Below are positions 19,543-27,950 of a stretch of 64,000 nucleotides of DNA, piece by piece. Source of the DNA: Candidatus Fervidifonticultor secundus (GTDB taxonomy: Bacteria; Sysuimicrobiota; Sysuimicrobiia; Sysuimicrobiales; Humicultoraceae). The first letter of the stretch is position 1. Every line of letters starts with the position of its first letter. Made by a program: the position numbers and the translations under genes. Below the pieces are notes generated by a model, which searched no databases, was not told the origin of the DNA, and saw only the letters and a list, made by a program, of their open reading frames with translations. Where the stretch lies: NCBI GenBank assembly GCA_031459385.1, contig JAVKIP010000008.1, forward strand, positions 89,064-153,063, written 5' to 3'.

Positions 19543-21552
19543 CTGACGAGACGCCCTATCGCTCGCCATCTCGCCGTCGCGGTGCTCACCCTGCTGGGCG
19601 CGTCGGTGGGCATCTTCGGCCTGGTCCACCTGGCACCGTTCGACCCCGCGCGGTACTTCGTGCAGTTCCGACAGGGCTATCGGGAAGAGCAGATCCGGCA
19701 GGTCCGGCAGTGGTACGGGCTCGACGATCCCGTGCCCGTGCAGTACGCGCGCTGGCTGGGCCGCGTCGCGACCGGTGATTTTGGCCGCTCGGTGTCCAAC
19801 GGGCGCGAGATCGGGCCCGAGGTCTGGCGCCGCCTGCCGTGGACGCTGCTGCTCCTCCTGGTGGGGTGGGGGCTCGCGGTGCCCGGTGCGGTGATCCTGG
19901 CGGTCGCGGGCGCGCGAGGCGGCCCCGGCGGTCGGGCGGCGCGCGCCGCGGTCACCGGGGCGCTGCTCGCACCGGTCTTCCTGCTGGCCAGCGTGCTGGT
20001 CTACGTCTTCGCCGTCCGGCTGGCGTGGATTCCTATCCTGCCGCCGTTCGAGCTGCGCCCGCACGACCCCGCGCTGTGGCGGTCGGCGCTCCTGCCTGGA
20101 GTGAGCCTGGCCGTGCCCCTGGCCGCCCTGGCCGCGCGCCGGCTGGCGGCGGGGCTGCCAGCGGCGCTGGCGGCCCCCCACGCGCTGGTCGCGCGGGCGC
20201 GCGGCGCGCCCGAGGCGCTCGTGCGGCGGCGCGCCCTGCGGGTGGCTGCGGCGGCGGCGCTCACACCGGCCCTGCCGCTCGCGGTGGCCTCGCTGAACGT
20301 ACTGCTCGTCGTCGAGGAAGTGTTCGGCTGGCCCGGCCTGGGCCGGGTCTTCGTGCGGGCCGTGGCGCAGCGCGACATCACGGCCGTGCAGGCCACGCTC
20401 TTCGTGCTCGTCGCGGTGGGGCTGGCCGCAGAGGTAGTGCTGCGCCAGGTTGCGGCGTGGCTCGGGGGGCAGGACGCGGACGCCAGCGCGGCGCGCGCGG
20501 CCTTCCGGCACGCCGGCGGGAGCGCTCGGTCGCCTGCAGACCGCCCGGTGCCCCTGCCGGCGCTAGACCGTATCGCGCTTGTGGGCGCGGCGGCGCTGGG
20601 TGCCGTCGTCGTCGCCGCGCTGGCGGCGCCGGTGATCGCGCGCTTCCCCCCAGACCAGGTCCTCCTGGAGGAGATCCAGTTGCCCCCGTCGCTGCGCCAC
20701 TGGATGGGCACGGACCCTTCCGGCCGTGACCTCTTCAGCCGGCTGCTGTACGCTGGCCGGGTCACGCTCGCGCTGGCGGCGCTGCCGGCGGCGGTGGCGG
20801 TGGCCGGGGCGGTGGTCCTCGCGGCCCTGGCGCAGTGGCAGGGGCCAGCGTGGGGAGATGCCCTCCTGGGCGCCACCCGCACGCTGGGCGCGTTTCCGCC
20901 AATTGCCCTGGCCATGGCCGTCGTGATCGTCGTGGGCCGTGCGCCCGCGGCCCTGGGCGCGGTGATGGTCCTCTGGGGCCTGGCCGAGTGTGCGGATCGG
21001 ATCGCGGGCATGGTGGCGCGGGCCCGCGCCTGGCCGTTCGCCCAGGCCAGCATCGCGCTCGGCGCGCCGACGGGACGGGTCGTGGAGCGGCATCTGGTGC
21101 CCCACCTCCTGCGGCCGCTGGCCGCTGAGGCGCTCGGCCTGGTCCCCGGCTTCCTGCTCCTGGAGGCGACGCTCGGCTTCTTCGGCTTCAGCCTGAGCCC
21201 CACGGTGCCCACGTGGGGCACGCTGCTGTGGCGTGGCCGGGAAGCGCTGCACCGCGGCGACTGGTGGCTGCTGGCGTTTCCGGTGGCGTTTGCGCTGGCC
21301 GCGGCGTGGGGTTGCCTGCACCTCGCCGGGGCGCTCCGCACGCCCGGGGGCCCCACGTTCGTCAGGGCGGCCCGGCCGGCTCCGGGCCGCGAGTGGGCGC
21401 CGGTTCCCGCCCGCCCGGCCGCCCGCCAGGCGGCGCGCCAGGCGACCCGCGCCCGGGCAGGGCCGGCTGTCACGCCGGTACCGGCAGTCAGCGACCCTGC
21501 GGCACCGTCGCCCCTGCCCGGCAGCGGGGCTAGCGGCGGCGCTTCCGGGTGA
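19543..21552 (+). CDS. Fused DppB/OppB-DppC/OppC ABC transporter permease
   Basis: N-half GLDDPVPVQYARWL, GDFGRS, EEVFGWPGLG; C-half HWMGTDPSGRDLFSR, EATLGFFG, PTWG. Probable CTG start at 19543 after GGGAGG; first canonical GTG at 19582. Confidence 0.85.
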   Translation: MTRRPIARHLAVAVLTLLGASVGIFGLVHLAPFDPARYFVQFRQGYREEQIRQVRQWYGLDDPVPVQYARWLGRVATGDFGRSVSNGREIGPEVWRRLPWTLLLLLVGWGLAVPGAVILAVAGARGGPGGRAARAAVTGALLAPVFLLASVLVYVFAVRLAWIPILPPFELRPHDPALWRSALLPGVSLAVPLAALAARRLAAGLPAALAAPHALVARARGAPEALVRRRALRVAAAAALTPALPLAVASLNVLLVVEEVFGWPGLGRVFVRAVAQRDITAVQATLFVLVAVGLAAEVVLRQVAAWLGGQDADASAARAAFRHAGGSARSPADRPVPLPALDRIALVGAAALGAVVVAALAAPVIARFPPDQVLLEEIQLPPSLRHWMGTDPSGRDLFSRLLYAGRVTLALAALPAAVAVAGAVVLAALAQWQGPAWGDALLGATRTLGAFPPIALAMAVVIVVGRAPAALGAVMVLWGLAECADRIAGMVARARAWPFAQASIALGAPTGRVVERHLVPHLLRPLAAEALGLVPGFLLLEATLGFFGFSLSPTVPTWGTLLWRGREALHRGDWWLLAFPVAFALAAAWGCLHLAGALRTPGGPTFVRAARPAPGREWAPVPARPAARQAARQATRARAGPAVTPVPAVSDPAAPSPLPGSGASGGASG

Positions 21553-22498
21553 GCGCCCGCCGCGCGGCGCCGGCGATCTCGGCGGCAGTCAGCCCGTATT
21601 TCTCCATGAGCGCCCGCGGCGAGCCCGACTCGCCGAAGACATCGCGGATGCCCACGCGCTCGACCGGCACCGGCTCGTGGGCACTCGTGACCTCGGCCAC
21701 CGCCCCGCCCAGCCCGCCGTAGATCGTGTGCTCCTCGGCGGTGACGATGGCGCCGGTCTCCCGCGCGGCCTCGAGGACGGCGGTCTCGTCCAGTGGCTTG
21801 AGCGTGGCCATGTTGAGCACGCGGGCCCCGATGCCCTCGGCGGCCAGGGTCTCGGCCGCCGCCAGCGCCTCGGCCACCATGATGCCGCAGGCGATGAGGG
21901 TCACGTCCGTGCCGTCGCGCAGCCGGGCCGCGCGGCCGATGGCGAACGTGTAGGTCTCGTCGAACAGCACCGGCACCGCGGCACGCCCCAGGCGCACGTA
22001 GGCCGGTCCCCGGTGGTCGGCGAGGGCGGCGATGACCTGCTGCGTCTCGGTGGCGTCTGCGGGCACGATCACCGTCATGTTGGCCAGCGCCCGCATCATC
22101 GCCAGCTCCTCGATGGCCTGGGCGGTCATGCCGTCCTCGCCGACCGTGAGGCCGCCATGGGTGCTGACGAGCTTCACGTTCAGGTTGGGCTGCGCCACCA
22201 GCACGCGGATCTGGTCGTAGGCCCGGCCCGGCACGAAGACGGCGAACGAGCTGACGAAGGGGACCTTGCCGCACGTGGCCAGGCCCGCGGCCACGCCCAC
22301 CATGTTCTGCTCGGCGATGCCGCACTCGATGAAGCGGTCGGGGAACGCGGCCGCGAACGCCTCGAGCCGGGTTGAGTCGCGCAGGTCCCCTGTGAGGGCC
22401 ACGACCCGCGGGTCGCGCCGGCCCACGGCGACCAGCGCTTCGCCATACGCGTCCCGCGTGGCCTTCTGCCCGGCGGTCTGGCTCACGAGGCCCGCCAT
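21530..22498 (-). CDS. Transketolase, C-terminal subunit
   Basis: ATRDAYG, GIAEQNM, GEDGMTAQ, EEH. Confidence 0.92.
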   Translation of the reverse strand: MAGLVSQTAGQKATRDAYGEALVAVGRRDPRVVALTGDLRDSTRLEAFAAAFPDRFIECGIAEQNMVGVAAGLATCGKVPFVSSFAVFVPGRAYDQIRVLVAQPNLNVKLVSTHGGLTVGEDGMTAQAIEELAMMRALANMTVIVPADATETQQVIAALADHRGPAYVRLGRAAVPVLFDETYTFAIGRAARLRDGTDVTLIACGIMVAEALAAAETLAAEGIGARVLNMATLKPLDETAVLEAARETGAIVTAEEHTIYGGLGGAVAEVTSAHEPVPVERVGIRDVFGESGSPRALMEKYGLTAAEIAGAARRALTRKRRR

Positions 22499-22502
22499 CG
22501 CG

Positions 22503-23342
22503 TCAGCTCCCGGGCGCGGCGCCATCGAGCTCAGCCAGCGCCCGCGCCAGCTCGTCGTGGGTGAGCGCCTTGCCATGGAACCCCACGACCCCCTCAAGGA
22601 ACGAGACGCCCTTGCCCTTGATCGTCCGCGCGACGATCACCTGCGGCCGCCCGCGCACGGTCCGCGCCCGGTCCAGCGCCGCCACGATCGCGCCCAGGTC
22701 GTGCCCGTCGATCTCCTGCACGTCCCACGTGCAGGCCCGCCACTTGTCGCCCAGGGGATCGAGGCGGATGCGCTCCTCGGTGGGGCCGGTCTGCTGGAGG
22801 CCGTTCCGGTCGACGATGGCGGTCAGGTTGTCCAGCCCGTAGTGCGCCGCGAACATCGCGCCCTCCCACACCGCGCCTTCCTGGCACTCGCCGTCGCCCA
22901 GCATGGCGTAGACGCGGTAGGGGCGGCCGTCGCGCTTGCCGGCCAGGGCCATCCCGATGGCGGCCGAGAACCCCATGCCGAGCGAGCCGCTGGAGATCTC
23001 CACGCCGGGTGTCCGGGTCATGTCCGGGTGGCCCTGCAGGATGCTGTCGACCCGGCGCAGCGTCCACAGGTGCTCGGGCGCGAAGTAGCCGCAGGCCGCC
23101 AGCACCACGTACCAGGCCGGACACCCGTGCCCCTTGCTCAGCACGAACCGGTCGCGGTCGGGCCAGGTGGGGTTGTGCGGGTCGTGGCGCATGGTGTGGT
23201 AGTAGAGCACCGTCAGGATGTCGATGGCAGACAGCGAGCCGCCGGGGTGCCCGGAGCCCGCCGTGGTGATGACCTGCAAGATGGTCTTGCGGAACTCGCG
23301 CGCCCGCGCCTCCAGGGCGCACAGGGCTGCTGTGGACGTCAT
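22503..23342 (-). CDS. Transketolase, N-terminal subunit
   Basis: SGHPGGSLS, RDRFVLSKGH, GSLGMG, GDGECQEG. Confidence 0.93.
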   Translation of the reverse strand: MTSTAALCALEARAREFRKTILQVITTAGSGHPGGSLSAIDILTVLYYHTMRHDPHNPTWPDRDRFVLSKGHGCPAWYVVLAACGYFAPEHLWTLRRVDSILQGHPDMTRTPGVEISSGSLGMGFSAAIGMALAGKRDGRPYRVYAMLGDGECQEGAVWEGAMFAAHYGLDNLTAIVDRNGLQQTGPTEERIRLDPLGDKWRACTWDVQEIDGHDLGAIVAALDRARTVRGRPQVIVARTIKGKGVSFLEGVVGFHGKALTHDELARALAELDGAAPGS

Positions 23343-23381
23343 GGGATGGAATGCTCCCTCGGTGTGGTCGGCGCCTGCCGC

Positions 23382-23436
23382 CGGGGCTGCCCGGCCGGGG
23401 CGTGCGGATCACCGCCCGCCGCGGGGCTGCCCGGCC
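23382..23436. repeat. 15-bp direct repeat CGGGGCTGCCCGGCC, two copies 40 bp apart
   Basis: Copies at 23382-23396 and 23422-23436 in the divergent tkt/qor spacer. Confidence 0.6.
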
Positions 23437-23593
23437 ACGGCGTCGAGAGTGGCTTCGCCCACCGGTGCGCCCGCCCCTGCCGCGGCGGCGCGCCGGGGGC
23501 GACGCCGCGGGCACGACGTCCGGGCAGCAGGTGCAGCGCATCGGGCAGTGGTATTGGGGTGCGGGAGATCACACTGCGTGGCGAGGAGGATCG

Positions 23594-24577
23594 ATGAAGG
23601 CGATCCGCGTGCACACCACCGGCGGTCCGGACGTGCTGCGGTACGAGGACGTCCCCGACCCGCAGCCCGGCCCGGGCCAGGTGCTGGTCCGCCTGGAGGC
23701 CGCAGGCGTCAACTACATCGACATCTACTACCGCACCGGGCTGTATACGGCACCGCTGCCGTTCATCCCCGGCAACGAGGGTGCCGGGGTGGTGGTGGCT
23801 GTCGGCTCCGGCGTCACCGACGTGCAGCCCGGCGAGCGCGTGGCCTACATCGCGGGCTTGTGCGCCTACGCCGAACTGGCCGCCGTGCCCGCGTCCCGCG
23901 TCGTCCGGCTGCCCGGGGGCATCGACGCGACCACCGCCGCGGCCGCACTGCTCCAGGGAATCACGGCCCACTACCTGGTGCACGCCACCTACCCGCTCCG
24001 GGCGGGCGAGTGGGCGCTGGTGCACGCCGCCGCCGGCGGCGTGGGGCTGCTGCTCGTGCAGATGGCGAAGCGCGCGGGGGCCACGGTCATCGGCACCGTG
24101 GGCACGCACGCCAAGGCCGGGCTGGCGCGCGAGGCCGGCGCCGACCACGTCATCGTCTACACCGAGCAGGACTTCGAGGAGGACACGAAGCGCCTGACCG
24201 GTGGACGCGGCGTGGACGTGGTCTACGACGCCGTGGGGAAGACGACGTTCGAGAAGAGCCTGAACGTGCTGCGACCGCGGGGCTACCTGGTGCTCTTCGG
24301 CCAGGCCAGCGGCCCGGCACCCGCCATCGATCCGCAGATCCTCAACCCGAAAGGGTCGCTGTTCCTGACGCGGCCGTCGGTGGGACACTACACGGCCACG
24401 CCGCAGGAACTCCGGGAGCGCGCGACCGCGGTCTTCCAGATGATCCAGGACGGCACCCTGCGGCTGCGTATCGACCGCCGCATCCCGCTGGCGGAGGCCG
24501 CTGCCGCGCATCGCGCGCTGGAGAGCCGGCAGACCGCGGGCAAGCTGCTGCTGCTCCCCGGGACCGGCGCGCGGTAG
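23594..24577 (+). CDS. qor: NADPH:quinone oxidoreductase (Qor/zeta-crystallin MDR)
   Basis: GVNYIDIYYRTG, HAAAGGVG, KGSLFLTRP; GAGGAGG RBS. Confidence 0.9.
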   Translation: MKAIRVHTTGGPDVLRYEDVPDPQPGPGQVLVRLEAAGVNYIDIYYRTGLYTAPLPFIPGNEGAGVVVAVGSGVTDVQPGERVAYIAGLCAYAELAAVPASRVVRLPGGIDATTAAAALLQGITAHYLVHATYPLRAGEWALVHAAAGGVGLLLVQMAKRAGATVIGTVGTHAKAGLAREAGADHVIVYTEQDFEEDTKRLTGGRGVDVVYDAVGKTTFEKSLNVLRPRGYLVLFGQASGPAPAIDPQILNPKGSLFLTRPSVGHYTATPQELRERATAVFQMIQDGTLRLRIDRRIPLAEAAAAHRALESRQTAGKLLLLPGTGAR

Positions 24578-24641
24578 CCCGCGCCGGTGCGGCGCGCAGC
24601 GGCGGCCGCGACCGCGTCTGCCGGGGCCGCGTGACCGCGGT

Positions 24642-24670
24642 TTGACGCACCCGGGGGCCGATGTTACGAT
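24642..24670 (+). promoter_or_regulatory. Sigma70 promoter TTGACG-N17-TACGAT with TGn extension, for the Rieske-nuoBDIC operon
   Basis: -35 at 24642-24647, TGT then -10 at 24665-24670. Confidence 0.7.
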
Positions 24671-24698
24671 TATGCCCGAACTTGCGCCGAGGTGAGCG

Positions 24699-25007
24699 AT
24701 GCCCCGCGTTAGAGTCGCCGCAACCGCCGAGGTACCGCAGGGATCGGCGCGCATCGTGGACGCCGGCGGGACGCGTGTCGCGCTCTTCCACCGGCCCGAG
24801 GGCTGGTTCGCCATCGAGAACACGTGCACGCACCGCGGCGGGCCGCTGGGCGAGGGCGAGGTCGACGGGGTCGTGGTCACCTGCCCCTGGCACGGCGGGC
24901 AGTTCGACCTGCGGACCGGACAGGTGGTCTCGCCGCCGCCCGCGCGGCCGGTGCGCGCGTTCCCGGTCGTCGTGGAGGGGGACGACGTCTGGCTTGACCT
25001 CTCGTAG
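24699..25007 (+). CDS. Rieske-type [2Fe-2S] ferredoxin
   Basis: CTHRGGPL...CPWHG. Confidence 0.9.
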   Translation: MPRVRVAATAEVPQGSARIVDAGGTRVALFHRPEGWFAIENTCTHRGGPLGEGEVDGVVVTCPWHGGQFDLRTGQVVSPPPARPVRAFPVVVEGDDVWLDLS

Positions 25008-25016
25008 GAGGTGGGC

Positions 25017-25571
25017 ATGAGCACCCAGCCGGCCGCGCCGCGGCCGTCGCGGCTCGCTCCCCTGGACGTGGCGGTGGACCTGCTCGACAGCCTGCCCGGC
25101 GGCAGCGTGATCCTCACCAGGGTCGAGTCGCTGCTCAACTGGGGCCGCGCCGCCAGCCTGTGGCCGCTCACCTTCGGACTGGCGTGCTGCGCCATCGAGA
25201 TGATGGCCGCCTTCGCCGGCCGGTTCGACCTCGACCGGATCGGCGTCATCCCCCGGGCGACGCCGCGCCAGGCTGACCTCATGATCGTGGCCGGTCGCTG
25301 CACCATCAAGATGGCGCCGATCGTGCGGCGGCTGTGGGAGCAGATGCCCGAGCCCAAGTACGTGATCTCCATGGGCTCGTGCGCCACCTGCGGCGGGCCG
25401 TTCTACTACGACAACTACTCGATCCTCAAGGGGATCGACCAGGTGGTGCCCGTCGACGTGTACGTGCCCGGCTGCCCGCCCCGGCCCGAGGCGTTGATCG
25501 AGGGCATCCTCAAGCTGCAGGAGAAGATCAAGGTCGAGCCGTTCCTGCGCCGCGCGGTGGCGCCGGCGTAG
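25017..25571 (+). CDS. nuoB: Complex I subunit B
   Basis: [33 protein letters not shown] 25011 is an alternative start. Confidence 0.95.
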   Translation: MSTQPAAPRPSRLAPLDVAVDLLDSLPGGSVILTRVESLLNWGRAASLWPLTFGLACCAIEMMAAFAGRFDLDRIGVIPRATPRQADLMIVAGRCTIKMAPIVRRLWEQMPEPKYVISMGSCATCGGPFYYDNYSILKGIDQVVPVDVYVPGCPPRPEALIEGILKLQEKIKVEPFLRRAVAPA

Positions 25572-25595
25572 CGGCCCGCCGCACCGGGAGGCGCC

Positions 25596-26699
25596 GTGGC
25601 GCTCCGCACCGAAGAGCTCATGCTCAACATGGGACCGCAGCACCCCAGCACCCACGGGGTGCTGCGGCTGGTCGTGACCCTCGACGGCGAGAACATCGTG
25701 GAGGTGCAGCCCGACATCGGGTACCTCCACTCGTCGGTCGAGAAGATGATGGAGTACCGCACCTACCTCCAGAACGTGGCGCTCACCGACCGGGGCATGG
25801 ACTACCTGAGCGCGCTGGCCAACGAGGAGGCCTTCCTCCTGGCGGTCGAGCGCCTGGGCGGGATCGAGGTCCCGCCCAGGGCCCGGTGGATCCGCACGAT
25901 CATGCTGGAGTTCCAGCGCATCGCCAGCCACCTGGTGTGGCTGGGCACCTGGGCCATCGACCTGGGCGCCACCACCGTCTTCCTCTACTGCTTCCGCGAG
26001 CGCGAGAAAATCCTCGACCTCTTCGAGCAGGCCTCGGGCGGCCGATTGCACCATGTCTACTTCCGGCCCGGTGGCGTCTACGAGGACCTGCCGGCGGGCT
26101 GGACCGACCGGGCCCTGGCGTTCTGCGCCGAGTTCCCCGGCCACCTCCAGGAGTACCACGACCTGCTGACCGGCAACCCGATCTTCCAGGTCCGTACGCA
26201 GGGCGTCGGCGTCCTGCCCCGGGAGGTTGCCGTGGCCATGGGCGCGTGCGGCCCGGTGGCCCGGGCCTCGGGGGTGGCCTTCGACGTGCGCCGGGCCTTC
26301 CCGTACGAAGCCTACGCGGACGTCGACTTCGACGTGCCGGTCTTCCCCGATGGCGACTGCTGGGCCCGCTACCTGGTGCGCATGGAGGAGATGCGGCAGT
26401 CGGTGCGCATCATCGAGCAGGCCATCGCCACGCTGCCCCCGGGCGAGATCCGCAGCAAGGTGCAGGTCACGGTCAAGCTGCCCCGGGGCGAGGTCTACGC
26501 CCGCACCGAGTCGCCGCGCGGCGACCTGGGCGTCTACCTGGTGAGCAACGGCGACGATACGCCCTACCGCGTGAAGATCCGGGCGCCCTCGTTCTCGAAC
26601 CTCTTTGCCCTCACGGAGATGATGCGCGGCTGGAAAGTGGCCGACGTCATTGCGATTCTCGGCAGCGTGGACATCGTGCTGTCCGACGTGGACCGGTGA
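25596..26699 (+). CDS. nuoD: Complex I subunit D
   Basis: NMGPQHPSTHGVLR, GYLH, RGMDY, ESPRG, DIVLSDVDR; no NiFe CxxC motifs. Confidence 0.95.
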   Translation: MALRTEELMLNMGPQHPSTHGVLRLVVTLDGENIVEVQPDIGYLHSSVEKMMEYRTYLQNVALTDRGMDYLSALANEEAFLLAVERLGGIEVPPRARWIRTIMLEFQRIASHLVWLGTWAIDLGATTVFLYCFREREKILDLFEQASGGRLHHVYFRPGGVYEDLPAGWTDRALAFCAEFPGHLQEYHDLLTGNPIFQVRTQGVGVLPREVAVAMGACGPVARASGVAFDVRRAFPYEAYADVDFDVPVFPDGDCWARYLVRMEEMRQSVRIIEQAIATLPPGEIRSKVQVTVKLPRGEVYARTESPRGDLGVYLVSNGDDTPYRVKIRAPSFSNLFALTEMMRGWKVADVIAILGSVDIVLSDVDR

Positions 26700-26714
26700 C
26701 CGGGGAGCGAGACG

Positions 26715-27218
26715 ATGCAGGAGTCAACGCATAGCAACGGCGCGTCGCTGGCCGCGCGGGCCTGGCAGGCGGTGGAGGGCCTGCTCACCGGGCTCCGGGT
26801 GACGTGGCGGGCGCTGGTGGGCCCCAAGAACACCGTCATGTACCCCGTGCAGAAGGTGGACGTCGCCCCGCGCTGGCACGGGCTGCTGGCCCTGCCGGTG
26901 GATCCCGAGATCGGGAGCGACAAGTGCATCATCTGCTTCCAGTGCGAGCGCGTCTGCCCCGACCGCTGCATCCACATCGAGGCGACCGGTCGCGGCAAGG
27001 ACCGCGTGCTCACCCGCTTCGACATCGAGATGGACAAGTGCTGCTACTGCGGCCTGTGCGTGGAGGTCTGCCCCACGGAGGCCATCGTCTTCGTGCCGCA
27101 CTACGAGACCAGCACCTACAACCGCGCCACCCTGCTCTACACCCTGGACGACCTGCGGCGGGCAGCGCCCAAGGAGCCGATCGCGCGGGGCGTGATCCGC
27201 CTGGGAGGGCGCGCGTGA
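26715..27218 (+). CDS. nuoI: Complex I subunit I (2x[4Fe-4S])
   Basis: CIICFQCERVCP and CCYCGLCVEVCP. Confidence 0.93.
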   Translation: MQESTHSNGASLAARAWQAVEGLLTGLRVTWRALVGPKNTVMYPVQKVDVAPRWHGLLALPVDPEIGSDKCIICFQCERVCPDRCIHIEATGRGKDRVLTRFDIEMDKCCYCGLCVEVCPTEAIVFVPHYETSTYNRATLLYTLDDLRRAAPKEPIARGVIRLGGRA

Positions 27219-27835
27219 GCTGGGCACTGGTGGAGGAACTGCAGCGCCGCTTCCCGGAGGTGGAACCGTTCCCGCGCCCGCACGCCCCGCAGGCCGACGA
27301 GCAGCCGGCACAAACAAGACCCGGGGCGGCGCCGGGGCGCCCCGCGCCGGCGCGGGCGCACGGCGACTCCAAAGCCTTCCACCACCACACGCCGGGCGCG
27401 TGGGTGCCGGCGGAGCGGCTGCTGGAGATCGCGCGCACGCTGCGCGATGCTGCGCCGTTCCACCTCGACTACTGCTCCTTCGTCTCCGCGGTGGACTGGC
27501 CGGCGGAAGGCATCTTCGAGGTCACCTACCACCTGTTCTCCATGGCCCGGCGCCACGAGCTGCTGCTGAAGGTAAAGGTGCCGCGGGGGACGCCCGTGGT
27601 GCCCAGCGTCACCGGCATCTGGCGTGGCGCTGACTGGCACGAGCGCGAGACCTACGACCTGTTCGGCATCGTCTTCGAAGGCCATCCGGACCTGCGCCGC
27701 ATCATGATGACGGACGACTGGAGCGGGCATCCGCTGCGCAAGGACTACGTCTACGAAGATCCCCGCTGGCTGGTCGACCTGGCTACCCAGCGCCAGCGGG
27801 AGATCGAGGGGCTCGGCCTTGGCGAGCGGGCGTAG
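27215..27835 (+). CDS. nuoC: Complex I subunit C
   Basis: SAVDW, WHERETYDLFGIVFEGHPDLRRI, GHPLRKDY; GTG overlaps the nuoI stop. Confidence 0.93.
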   Translation: MSWALVEELQRRFPEVEPFPRPHAPQADEQPAQTRPGAAPGRPAPARAHGDSKAFHHHTPGAWVPAERLLEIARTLRDAAPFHLDYCSFVSAVDWPAEGIFEVTYHLFSMARRHELLLKVKVPRGTPVVPSVTGIWRGADWHERETYDLFGIVFEGHPDLRRIMMTDDWSGHPLRKDYVYEDPRWLVDLATQRQREIEGLGLGERA

Positions 27836-27950
27836 CCGACCCCGCGTCACCTGGCGGCGCCCCGGCCTGCGACCGGGGCGCTCGCGCTTGGGCGCATCCC
27901 TGACGCGATCTTTACGGACGGCTGGTAGGATGCGTCTGGAGGTGGCGCGC

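Noticed and set aside
25596..26699. Group 4 [NiFe]-hydrogenase large subunit
   Set aside because: Lacks both CxxC Ni-binding motifs; retains complex I His/Tyr residues; no hyp genes.
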